From Octopus bimaculoides (Eukaryota), in contig NC_068992.1 in NCBI RefSeq assembly GCF_001194135.2, forward strand, positions 10,004,526-10,068,525: DNA of 64,000 bases. Direction: 5' to 3'. A model generated the notes under the pieces. It had not been told where the DNA came from, searched no databases, and worked only from the letters and a program-made list of their open reading frames with translations. The position numbers and the translations under genes were made by a program. This document shows, piece after piece, positions 13,776 to 26,984 of the stretch. Positions within the stretch are counted from its first letter, which is position 1, and each line of letters begins with the position of its first letter.

Positions 13776-16154
13776 GCACATACATATATAAATACAAACT
13801 CAATTATATAAAAGTTTGTGTTTACAAACTAGAGGGAGAAAAATAGTCCTCAATGTAAGAAGTAGAATTTCTAGCTTTGTTTTGAAGCTAAATTGTGAAA
13901 CTAGGAATTGTAATTATTGTGAAATTTTAACTTCAAAATAATAACCCCACCACGCACATATTTAATATTTACCACCTTATCTCTCACTTACTCTTTTTCC
14001 ATTATTCCTTCTCTCTCTCCCTCTCTTTCTCTCTCTCTCTCTTTTCCTCTCTCTCCCTCCCCTACCTCTTTCTCTCTCACGTTACACTCTTTTTCTATTT
14101 CTCTGTTTTTTCTCTTCCTAAATCTCTTTTAGTATTTCAGCATCTCTAATCATCAACCATTTCCTCTCGCTATTTCTCTCTTTCTGTTGTATTTTCCGAC
14201 AATTTCTCTTATGTCTCTTAGAACTCACCATAACGAACTTTGAATGTCGAATGAAAATATAAAAATATAACAAAAAGTAAAAACTTTTTTTAAATAAACA
14301 AAACAAAACAAAAAAAAATAATATTCAATTCTCAAAATTCTACAAGAGTTCTTTTACTGCTAAATTTTGAAAATTCTGATAGAATAAATATTCCAATCGT
14401 GCGAGGTGTGGAGGTGGGGAGGGCAGGGTAACTGGGAGAAAAAATTAAAAAAAATTTAACGGTCTGTAATTTTGGAATGATTGAAAGTGGAATTATTAAT
14501 GGTTTGTAATTATGACTGTTTACGACAGTCATTCTCCCATTTGATGAGAAGATAACTGGCAAGCAACAATCAGGCGAGCATAGAGTATTCGGCACTACAT
14601 CAATGCTTCTTCAACTAAGACAATAGAGATGTTGTGTGAGATATGCTGCTTGATAAAGGTAGTTCCAGAGCTCTGCATTGTTGACGTTATATAAAATGTT
14701 CATTCTGGTTTCTCTGTGGTTTAGTACATATTTCAAATTATTTCTTCAATAGTTCTTTCTAATTTTTGACACAAGGCCTGCAATTTCGAGGCCACTGGGG
14801 AAGTTGATTACATCGACCCCCCCAGTGCCAACTGATACTTATTTTATTGACTCTGGAAGGATGAAAGATAAAACCAGCTCTGGCAGCATTTGAACTCAGG
14901 CCATAAAACTGGAAGAAATGCTGTTCAGCATTTTGTCTGGCATGCTAATGATTCTGCCAACTCACCCCGCCACCCCCAGACTATTTGGTTAATATCATAT
15001 CAACAAGAGAGTGTAGGCTTTTGTCCTGCTAGAGCTAACAGTCAAATCTTCATTCATCAAACATGTTTAACAAGAAAAGAACATGTGATAATGTAGTTTT
15101 AGATACAGGCACAAGCATGGCTGTATGGCTACGAAGTTTCCTTTGCAACTAACCACATGGTTTTGGGTTCAATACCACAATGTGCCACTTTTGTTGCCAA
15201 AAGTTTTCAACAATGAGTTGATCACTGCCTTGTGAGTGAAATATGGTTGATGGTAACATCGAAAGCTTGGTGTGTATCTATATACAGATGCCCCCCCCCA
15301 CACACACACATACATGCATGCTTGTATATAAGTACCAGCCAAATACTGTGATTCATTTAATCAAGTACATATACCTCACCCACCTCCAAATTTGTGCCCT
15401 TCTGCTAATGCTAGAAATCATTAACCTGTATTATCATCATCATTGTTGTTATTGTTGTTGTTGTTATAGAGATTGAAAAGGAGAGAGATGCCTGCCTGAG
15501 GATCAAACCTCAGTTACATAACCATAAACGTACCACCTTTTAACATGCAAACACTGAAGGTTGTGTGTGGCCGACCTTAAAAATCTTTTGAGAGAAGGGC
15601 AGACAACTTTTGACTTCCCACTGTACAGACACCTGTCAGTCAGTTCTAATTTAGTTGATATTGTTTGTTATTCAACAAGATTCTTACTGTTGAAAGTTAA
15701 TATTGTTAAGTACCATATACCCAAGAGGGGGAAAAAAGAAGAAAAAAGAGAAGGCAACTAACACTTTATAAGTTTATCATTATCCAGTACTTGAATCCAA
15801 TTTGACAAGCTTGGACACACACTGCCTATGACAGGATAGGAACTAAAAGCTCTTCACTTAGCAATCCCACACCTTTCCCCACTTAATCTCAAGTTGGTGT
15901 TTGAAAATTTACGAAATATCTGTATTGAGTGTTATTTTTCATTGTTTATTGTGTATTTATAATTGTATCTCACCCTGTTGTTGAAGGGAAGTCATAAGTC
16001 AGGACTGATCAAGCACTTCCTAAACGTAGAAGACACTCCAGCGAAGTAGAAGCTGGTAGGATGTCATTTGAGAGAGATATAGCTGCTGCTTCTTGCAAGT
16101 CAACTCTCTTGATGGCTCATTCAGTATATGTGTGTGTGTATGTGTGTGTGCATA

Positions 16155-16202
<48 letters not shown>

Positions 16203-17249
16203 TGAATTTCTGTATGCGTGTGTATATGTCTACAGGGATGTCACAGCTTTCTGTGTGTATGTGATTTTACTTACGCATCTGTTTGTATATATATATNNNN
16301 NNNNNNNNNNNNNNNNNNNNNNNNNNNNNNNNNNNNNNNNNNNNNNNNNNNNNNNNNNNNNNNNNNNNNNNNNNNNNNNNNNNNNNNNNNNNNNNNNNNN
16401 NNNNNATATATGTATATATATAGTTGAAATTTATAGCAAAACAAAGATGAAGACAGGTGTAGGAACAACAAGCAAATGAATAAGTTTGATGCTCGGGTAA
16501 AATGGAAAAGCCTTTTATGTTTTGAACTTATGCTCTTTGACAGAAAGGAATAAGAGGGAATAAGTAGAGAAAGAATAAAAAAAACATGTTGAGTTCAGTG
16601 GTCCAACATGGTGAATATATATATATATATATCATCATCATCATCATCATCGTTTAACGTCCGCTTTCCATGCTAGCATGGGTTGGACGATTTGACTGAG
16701 GACTGGTGAAATCGGATGGCAACACCAGGCTCCATATATATAGATATATGATATGATATAATAAATGAGAGTGTTAGTGTGTCAGTGTGTCACACTTTTT
16801 CAACTTTACTTTTAGAGGCCGTAGCTCAACACATCATACCATTTTGGAATCAGGCCAACTCTGTGAGTAAATTAAAAACATTCTGGGATGAATCTGGACG
16901 CATAGTCCCAAAATTTTGGATTCCCAAGTTTTCATTACTGCGATTGTTTTTGGCAATTTTTTTATGTGACTTTTTGCAACAAATTTCTTTGTACGATAAC
17001 AATTTTTTATAGCTTGGAAAAAAATTTGAGGAATGATTGAAATTAATTGCGAAATCCAGGGATTATTTTTGGTGATCTTTTTGCTTGATTTTTTGTGACG
17101 AATAGGATCATCATAGGAATATATTACTCTGGAGGAAGCAATTGCAACAAATTCTCCAAAACAAGTCTGAGATTTGTTTGCAGATCTTCCCATTCGGGGT
17201 TATTAGCTTAAAAGTTAGTATATATATATGTGTATATATATGTGTGTGT

Positions 17250-17322
<73 letters not shown>

Positions 17323-17998
17323 CATATGTAGATGGGTGTATGTGTGTCTGAGAAAGTCAATTATTTGTACTTAAGTAGTGGAAGTGGTGGTGGTGGTGGT
17401 CTTGGTTGTGGTAGTAATTGTTATTGTGGTTGTTGTTATAGTGGGGGTGGTTGCTGCTGTTGCTATTGTGGTAGTAGTGGAGGCAGCCAGGAATTTCAAG
17501 GACTCAACACCAGAAAAACTGAAGACAGGGAAACCAATCCTTCATTATTTCATACAATGCAATACCACTTGACTTTCTAATAGAGGCACAAGGCCAGAAA
17601 TTTGGTGAAAAGAGATTAGTTCATTAAATTGACTTAAAAATACTTGACTGATACTTTGTTTTATCAGTTCAGGAAGGATGAAAGACAAGCGTGACTTTGA
17701 CAGGAAGTGATTTTAAAGCACAAAGAATCAGAATAAATAGTGAATAGTATAGATAAATGTATAGATATTTATTTGAAAGCTTTAGCTGTGGAGATTACAG
17801 GTGATGTGAAAACATTTTATTGCTCTCATAAGTAAACTGAAAATGGTTGGTAACCCTCTTAAAATCTATGCGAAGAATGCACTCTTATTCTTTGGCTACC
17901 CACAGAACTATTAATCTAAACTGATACACACACACACATACACACACAAACACACGCATGCATACATATATCATACATACATATATACATAAAAATAT

Positions 17999-18031
<33 letters not shown>

Positions 18032-18930
18032 NNNNNNNNNNNNACACACAAATGGTTTATTAGGATATAACATAAACAATTGTCTTGCTGATTTTCAGAA
18101 TGTTTGTATAGAAGGAATATTTGTATAAGAATGGTATAGATGTGTCTAAATGGCCAATGACATTACTATCTCACATTCCCTCTCTTCCCACAACCTCTGT
18201 ACCTGTAATTGTCTGTAACTCACTGAGTTTATGAATTCCTTCTGAGTTGTGTAAATCCTTGTCACCACTGTTTAAATCCTTAACATGTTAGATTGCTATA
18301 ATGCCCACTTTGGTAAACAGTACACTTAGTAAAACCAGTAAAGGCACGACTATCTCTGACCACCTACTACATACTCTGGTACTTCATGTACCTCTCTTTA
18401 CTTATAGTTACTAGGTTTTTCCATTTGTCATGTGGGAGGGGTGTACAATTATTACTAATTCCCTACAACAAATATGTAATATGTACACACACACACACAC
18501 ATACACATTCATGTAAATATATGTATTTTAAAAGGTGGCAGTGATTTTGTAGTCTTCTTTTGCATCCAGTCTGGCTTTTCAAACGTGATTGTGCAAAACT
18601 TCAAAGCCACCTCCAATCATTAAACGCATACAGATAATGTGCTGCATTGCTCATAATCACTTCTTTAATCAGTTTTATATATAACTGAAGTTGTGGCTGT
18701 GTGGTAAGAAGCTTGCTTCCTAAACACATGATTCTGGGTTCAGTTCCACTGTGTGGTACCTTGGGCAAGTGCCTTCTACAATAGTCTCAGACCAACCAAA
18801 GCCTTGTGAGTGGATTTAGTAGACAGAAACTGAAAGAAGCCTGTCATATAAATATATATACAGAATGTAACCACATGTGAGCTGTTGGCGATTTTCTTCC
18901 TCTGTTTTCTCTTCTTTTGGACTTTTCTCT

Positions 18931-18966
18931 GTTTCCGATGAAGAGCAGCTGCTCGAAACATTAAAC
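18931..18966 (+). ncRNA. Minimal type-I hammerhead-ribozyme-like motif (Penelope-like element remnant)
   Basis: gttt-CCGATGA-a-gagc(agct)gctc-GAAA-catt-aaac: stem I gttt/aaac, stem II gagc/gctc; U4C core variant, and a probable CpG-decayed ACGT. Confidence 0.5.
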
Positions 18967-21579
18967 CATCTTTCTTTCCTTTCCTGAGCATCTGCTAATA
19001 CATTACATGTGCCACGTCCTCGCGTTGTTGTTTTTTTGTGTTTGTTCTTTTTGGGATTTATATATATATGTATATANNNNNNNNNNNNNNNNNNNNNNNN
19101 NNNNNNNNNNNNNNNNNNNNNNNNNNNNNNNNNNNNNNNNNNNNNNNNNNNNNNNNNNNNNNNNNNNNNNNNNNNNNNNNNNNNNNNNNNNNNNNNNNNN
19201 NNNNNNNNNNNNNNNNNNNNNNNNNNNNNNNNNNNNNNNNNNNNNNNNNNNNNNNNNNNNNNNNNNNNNNNNNNNNNTATATATATATATATTTATATTT
19301 ATGTGTGTGTGTGTTTGTGTCTGTACTTGTCACCCCACCCCCATCCCCACCCACAATCGCCTGACAACCAATGGTGGGGTATTTACATCCCTGTAGCCTA
19401 GTGGTTTGGCAAAAGAGACTGATAGGATAAGTACCAGGCTTACAAAGAATAAGTCATGGGGTTGATTTCTTCATCTGGGCTCCAGCATGGCCACAGTCAA
19501 ATGACTGAGACAAATACATATGTGTATATGTATGCTCATATGTATACATATATGGTGGATTGGTGGATGTATATACATGTGTATGTATGCTTATACACAC
19601 TCATATGACAATTTATGTAGAAACATTTAGATGCATCCATGTAATTGAAATATGTATATATATTCATGTATGTGTGTGTACATATATGTATGTACATATG
19701 CATATATAAAGATATATATATATACATATATAATTTATGTAAGGGCATTACTATACAATAATGCCTCACGCTCAGAGGGACTCCATATAAATATATATAT
19801 ATACATATAGATATACATATATACATATATATATACATATATACATAATTATATACATAAACACATACATATACATATATACACATACATTCAAGCACTT
19901 ACATACATACACATACATACATACAAACATGTGTGTGTGTGTGTGCATGCATATATGTTTCCCTTGAATCAATATAGTACATTGTTCCACGTTGTGTGTT
20001 CAATCAGTTTGGCATTTGATGATTACATACCAGAAAAAAAAAAATCAAACACATAAATAAATAAAACAAAATAAAATAAAAGAAAAGAATAAAAAATGGG
20101 AGCAAATTGGAGCTCATTGAGAGGATTTTTAATTTCTTTTTATCAAAGAGAAACCAGAAATTATCCCTTTCAGCCGTTTGCAGTCAAGGTTAGCTTTCGG
20201 AATTAATAGGTCTTCATTTTTCTGCATCTCAATCGAGTTTCTCTTATTTGTTTTGCTGAAAAAATTTTTNNNNNNNNNNNNNNNNNNNNNNNNNNNNNNN
20301 NNNNNNNNNNNNNNNNNNNNNNNNNNNNNNNNNNNNNNNNNNNNNNNNNNNNNNNNNNNNNNNNNNNNNNNNNNNNNNNNNNNNNNNNNNNNNNNNNNNN
20401 NNNNNNNNNNNNNNNNNNNNNNNNNNNNNNNNNNNNNNNNNNNNNNNNNNNNNNNNNNNNNNNNNNNNNNNNNNNNNNNNNNNNNNNNNNNNNNNNNNNN
20501 NNNNNNNNNNNNNNNNNNNNNNNNNNNNNNNNNNNNNNNNNNNNNNNNNNNNNNNNNNNNNNNNNNNNNNNNNNNNNNNNNNNNNNNNNNNNNNNNNNNN
20601 NNNNNNNNNNNNNNNNNNNNNNNNNNNNNNNNNNNNNNNNNNNNNNNNNNNNNNNNNNNNNNNNNNNNNNNNNNNNNNNNNNNNNNNNNNNNNNNNNNNN
20701 NNNNNNNNNNNNNNNNNNNNNNNNNNNNNNNNNNNNNNNNNNNNNNNNNNNNNNNNNNNNNNNNNNNNNNAGAATAATAAATATAAATCTGAAAATGTAT
20801 GTTCTTGTGTGTGTGTTTGTCCCCTACCGCCTCTTGATGACGATGATTATGATGTTGATTAGGATAATGATGATGATGACGATGACTTACAAGGCTGTAA
20901 GTGTGGGAAAACAGCAGATAATGAAATCAACTCTGTGCTTGGGTGAGACTTTATTTTACTGCCCCCAACAGGGTTCGAACTTTGAAACATTGAAAAACAG
21001 AAAAAGCCAACAAGATACAGTTTTAGAAAATATTTAGTTCAGAAGTCAACTGATGCTGCATCACAGAAGAGACAATACATTATTGAGGCAAAAAGTAACT
21101 GTAAATTGGAAACTAATTCTTTCCAAAAGAAACCTCAAGCAATGTCTGATTCAATCTCCATTACTGACATAGGCTATTCTAAACAGAAGGAAATTTTATG
21201 TTGCGGGAGAATATTATGGGATTGATATGGTATCTTTAATTATTTATATAACAATCCATTTTTCTTCTGTTTACATCCTTACATAAACAACAGTTGAAGT
21301 TGGTATTAATTTCTGGGTATGCAAAAAGGAACCAAAACAAAACAAAACAAAACAAAATACAATGAATGAAGAAAAAAACAAAAATAAAGAGCTATATGGT
21401 TTTATTTATTCAGTGGTTTTTACATTGACTAACTTGAAGCTTGCTAACATGTGCAAAGGTAATAATCTCTCAAAGCAATCTTGATATCCATCTACAATAT
21501 ATATATATGTATGTATGTGTGTATATACACACACATATACATATACATACATAAATACATACACACATACATACATATG

Positions 21580-21634
<55 letters not shown>

Positions 21635-23110
21635 CTGTATATGTATATCATATATATAATATATTTCAGCAAATAAACTAGCAGTAAGCAGCAGAATGGC
21701 TAATATTNNNNNNNNNNNNNNNNNNNNNNNNNNNNNNNNNNNNNNNNNNNNNNNNNNNNNNNNNNNNNNNNNNNNNNNNNNNNNNNNNNNNNNNNNNNNN
21801 NNNNNNNNNNNNNNNNNNNNNNNNNNNNNNNNNNNNNNNNNNNNNNNNNNNNNNNNNNNNNNNNNNNNNNNNNNNNNNNNNNNNNNNNNNNNNNNNNNNN
21901 NNNNNNNNNNNNNNNNNNNNNNNNNNNNNNNNNNNNNNNNNNNNNNNNNNNNNNNNNNNNNNNNNNNNNNNNNNNNNNNNNNNNNNNNNNNNNNNNNNNN
22001 NNNNNNNNNNNNNNNNNNNNNNNNNNNNNNNNNNNNNNNNNNNNNNNNNNNNNNNNNNNNNNNNNNNNNNNNNNNNNNNNNNNNNNNNNNNNNNNNNNNN
22101 NNNNNNNNNNNNNNNNNNNNNNNNNNNNNNNNNNNNNNNNNNNNNNNNNNNNNNNNNNNNNNNNNNNNNNNNNNNNNNNNNNNNNNNNNNNNNNNNNNNN
22201 NNNNNNNNNNNNNNNNNNNNNNNNNNNNNNNNNNNNNNNNNNNNNNNNNNNNNNNNNNNNNNNNNNNNNNNNNNNNNNNNNNNNNNNNNNNNNNNNNNNN
22301 NNNNNNNNNNNNNNNNNNNNNNNNNNNNNNNNNNNNNNNNNNNNNNNNNNNNNNNNNNNNNNNNNNNNNNNNNNNNNNNNNNNNNNNNNNNNNNNNNNNN
22401 NNNNNNNNNNNNNNNNNNNNNNNNNNNNNNNNNNNNNNNNNNNNNNNNNNNNNNNNNNNNNNNNNNNNNNNNNNNNNNNNNNNNNNNNNNNNNNNNNNNN
22501 NNNNNNNNNNNNNNNNNNNNNNNNNNNNNNNNNNNNNNNNNNNNNNNNNNNNNNNNNNNNNNNNNNNNNNNNNNNNNNNNNNNNNNNNNNNNNNNNNNNN
22601 NNNNNNNNNNNNNNNNNNNNNNNNNNNNNNNNNNNNNNNNNNNNNNNNNNNNNNNNNNNNNNNNNNNNNNNNNNNNNNNNNNNNNNNNNNNNNNNNNNNN
22701 NNNNNNNAGTTTGGTTCACCTACAGCATCATCACCATAAACTTCACAAATGCTTTTTTACAAATCCTTGCAGCATTTTCTCCTTTTTTTTTTAAAAAAAA
22801 AGCATTACAACACAAATATGAAATTTTTGGTTATCCATTTCAAATGTCAATAAAGGGTAACCAGAATGAAAGATAAATCTATTTTTAGTCAGGAATAAAG
22901 AAGAGATGCACTACCATATACATCATCATCTTCGTCATCATCGTCATTTAATGTCCGCTTTATGTGTGTGTGTGTGTGTTATAATTCAACTGTTACCCAC
23001 TTGAGTGCATATGTTAGTAATTCGCAATCCTATTTATATTACATCATCATAATTTTAACCACAGAGAAACACACGTAATATGATGATGATGATGATGATG
23101 ATAATGATGG

Positions 23111-23144
<34 letters not shown>

Positions 23145-23354
23145 AATGATGATGATGATGTTGTTGAGTATGCTTTACATTTTAATTTTGGGGAACTGTC
23201 CTATTTATTTAAAAAATTTTAAGAATATTTTCAAATATGAATTAATATTTTGAAATTAGAATCTTAAATGTAGAACTGAATTTGATATTAAACTGTTGCA
23301 AAAAAAAAAATCTATTCATCCATGATTTGGGTCACCCATTTAAGCCTTCATTTT

Positions 23355-23432
<78 letters not shown>

Positions 23433-24319
23433 GTCATCATCTCCACCACCACCATCATCATTTTAATGCCATTTGTTTTTTGTTTTTGTTTTTCTGCTTC
23501 TTCCGTATGTGCAGCAATGCAACAAGTTTTGCAGCCACAGACTCACAGCACATTTTCAATCATATTAATATTTATTCCCGAGATTTTTCATCATATCTCA
23601 CACATCTAGTCTCTCCATTCCTTTCCCAGTTCTTACATACTTACTTCGTCTGCCTTTTTCTACTCTGGCTCCGCTTTTTTTTTTTCCTCATTAACTCCAC
23701 AATGCCTTTTCTTCTTTTCCTCATCCTTCCCTTTTTCCCCCTCTCGATAAATGCAGCATCTCACTTGCATCACATGCCGATAGCAGTGCAGTTGCCTTTC
23801 TCTGTACACACATCAACCAATGCCTGGCTGCTTCTGCAGCTGACTTCCAGCATGCCTTTCGTGCAAGTTAATGATGCACATCAAACATTGTGCATCTCAA
23901 AATTACACATTGGATACTTTTAATGGCCAGCTGCTTTCACAGATCACTTCCAGTCAGCCTTTCAGGGATTATATCAGTGAATGTCAACCATTCAAGACCC
24001 AGAGTTACCTCGTGTTCAAGTCAGGGGAAATTGATGGAGTGGTTGTTAGAGAGTTGGAAGGAAGAGCTAGCTGCATTCATTCTGGCTCTCTGCATTCTGA
24101 GATCGAATCATATTGCTGTCGACTTTGATATTCATCTTTGCAGGGGTCAATGAATAAAAGACCAGTTGAGATTGGTGGATCAACCACTTGGTTTCAGGTT
24201 CAATCCTAATGAGGTATGACACTTCATGTAAATGTATTGTACCATACTTTTGGAGAGACTAATGTCTACACATCAAAGGAACTCATCAACAGAAGCTGAC
24301 AAGAAGCTTGTCATGTATG

Positions 24320-24380
<61 letters not shown>

Positions 24381-24439
24381 TAGGTTCAGAGTTCATCTTA
24401 GGCTGGGGTCATGGGTCATACTCCCCCAACACAGTTCAG

Positions 24440-24645
24440 GCTCACAACACATAAATTCACTGCAACACAATTTCTATTCCTCCATAGGCCCTGCTCCATC
24501 TAACAATATCCCAGAGCAAATGAGAAAAGAAAAAGATCCCACCATCTTCAAACAATATCTGGACAAAATCCTTCAAGGAATACCAGATAAGGTATAGGTA
24601 TACCTGGATACATTTCAGTCAATAAGAAACTCCCTACTTGAATGG
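24440..24645 (+). mobile_element. CR1/L2-like LINE 3' end remnant
   Basis: LQHNFYSSIGPAPSNNIPEQMRKEKDPTIFKQYLDKILQGIPDK then, after a frameshift, PGYISVNKNSLLEW; typical non-LTR RT C-terminus (LDKFL..IPD.P..GY). Confidence 0.65.
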
Positions 24646-24777
24646 GCCATGATGCCACAAAACTTGACTTAAAAATGGCTTAACAGATCATATCAAGTGA
24701 TGCTAGCGTCATACTAATATATACTTTTGTTATTTACACCACCTGTCCTCGTCTGTTGTTATTATTTGTATATTCTC

Positions 24778-24848
<71 letters not shown>

Positions 24849-25397
24849 ACAACAGATATTGTGTCAATCCACTACAGTTGTTTCCAACAAGTTTTTAATT
24901 GATTAATGGAGAAATTACATCCTTAGAAAAAACCGTTTTTTTAAGGTGAATACATGAATCACAACATTCAAAGACATTTGAAAGCCAACAGCGCGTGCCA
25001 CTTCATGATTCTATGACCAATTAAAAACTCATTGGAAACAGCTGTAGTGGAGTGATACATTATCCTTCTGTTATTTATTTATTTATTATTCATTATTCAC
25101 CTCACTCAGAACCTGCATTTTGCATGGATCTGAAATATGTTATCAACCGCACATCTAGTGCAACGTGCGTTACCTTGATTATCCTTGGGTTTTGTGCTGT
25201 ACTCAGTTGGGTTCAGTTATTCGTAGACATAACCTGAACATCTTTCCACCTGTACTTTGGTACTCACATGTGTATTCCTCTCCTTTTGTTGTGTAAACAC
25301 TTTATTTTATGATCCACCTTGGTGCCTTACCATTTACGTGTCTGATTCACTCAAACTCTGATCTATTATATATATATATATATATACAAACACACAT

Positions 25398-25433
<36 letters not shown>

Positions 25434-25970
25434 CACCCACTTTCAACAGTCTAAAATCAAATATGAACAACCGCAACAACAACTCCAATAGTAGCAGCAA
25501 AATAATAATAACAACAACAACAACAACAACGACGACGACGCCGACGACAACAACAACAACAACAACATTCACAGTTGCTGGGTTTCCTTGCTTCCACACC
25601 TCTTTTCCTGTCCCATAATTTGACAGCCAATCATGGCAAAGCAAGATTCCAAGAAACCATAGTGAAACAAAATCTTTCTAGGCCTTTTAATTATGAGCAG
25701 CTGAAAATATGATCCCAAATATAACGGAGAGATATGTTTATATTCTTGTGCGAAGTCAATATATTTCATCTTTACCTTCCTACACCCCCTCTCTCTAATT
25801 CTGGCTCTCTGTCTGTCTGTCTGACCGACTGTCTCTACATGCACATACAAATACATCTACATATACACACACATATATATGCATATGTTTGTACATATAC
25901 GTGTGTGCATGTATGTGTGTGTTTGTGTATGAGCATATATTACATAAATATATATATCCATACATAAATC

Positions 25971-26201
25971 TCTTTTACTCTTTTACTTGTTTCAGTCATT
26001 TGACTGCGGCCATGCTGGAGCACCGCCTTTAGTCGAGCAAATTGACCCCAGGACTTATTCTTTTGTAAGCCTTGTACTTATTCTATCTTTTGCCGAACTG
26101 CTAAGTTACGGGGACGTAAACACACCAGCATCGGTTGTCAAGCGATGTTGGGGGGCGAAACACAGACACACAAACATACACGCACAAACATATACACACA
26201 C

Positions 26202-26247
<46 letters not shown>

Positions 26248-26570
26248 GTNNNNNNNNNNNNNNNNNNNNNNNNNNNNNNNNNNNNNNNNNNNNNNNNNNN
26301 NNNNNNNNNNNNNNNNNNNNNNNNNNNNNNNNNNNNNNNNNNNNNNNNNNNNNNNNNNNNNNNNNNNNNNNNNATATATATATATATATATATATACATA
26401 CATACATATATACGATGGGCTTCTTTCAGTTTCCGTCTACCAAATCCACTCACAAGGCTTTGATTGGCCCGAGGCTATAGTAGAAGACACTTACCCAAGG
26501 TGCCACGCAGTGGGACTGAACCCGGAACCATGTGGTTGGTAAGCAAGCTACTTACTACACAGCCACTACT
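25971..26570 (-). mobile_element. Octopus tRNA-derived SINE (OR-like), full length, with central microsatellite and gap
   Basis: Head gtggctgtgtagtaagtagcttgcttaccaaccacatggttccgggttcagtccc; tail gcggtgctccagcatggccgcagtcaaatgactgaaacaagtaaaagagtaaaaga. Confidence 0.85.
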
Positions 26571-26934
26571 ACACCTGTATGTGTATATATATTATCTATC
26601 TATCTATCTATCTGTCTATCTATCTATCTATCTGTCTATCTCTCTCTCTCTATATATACATATATATAGAAAGATAGATGGATATAAATAGGTAGATAAA
26701 CATAGATATATACATATGTATATGGCATGTGACCACATTATGCACTGAAATTAAAGATGCAGTGCCTTTCTGTCATGTGTTCCTGTGATGACGAACACTT
26801 ACATCATCATGGCAAAACCATGACTCCATCTCTTGGAGATAAACGGTACTTCAATAAAGAACACAAAAACATTGGCAGTCATGTGTGTGTGCTTGTGCGC
26901 GTGTGTGTGTGTGTGTATATGTTATATATATTTT

Positions 26935-26984
<50 letters not shown>

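Noticed and set aside
21043-21225. 60-codon open stretch KSTDAASQKRQYIIEAK... after an AG
   Set aside because: Weak acceptor, no recognisable domain and no linked exons
21696-22739. ORFs of 200-350 aa in the supplied track
   Set aside because: They consist almost entirely of N gaps; the same holds for the ORFs at 461, 1846, 8857, 20178, 37533 and 60657
23282-23923. Long poly-His / poly-Ile ORFs (also 3119-3549, 27531-28592, 52790-53140 and similar)
   Set aside because: These are translations of (CAT)n, (GT)n and (ATT)n microsatellites or LINE debris, with no splice-consistent coding signal
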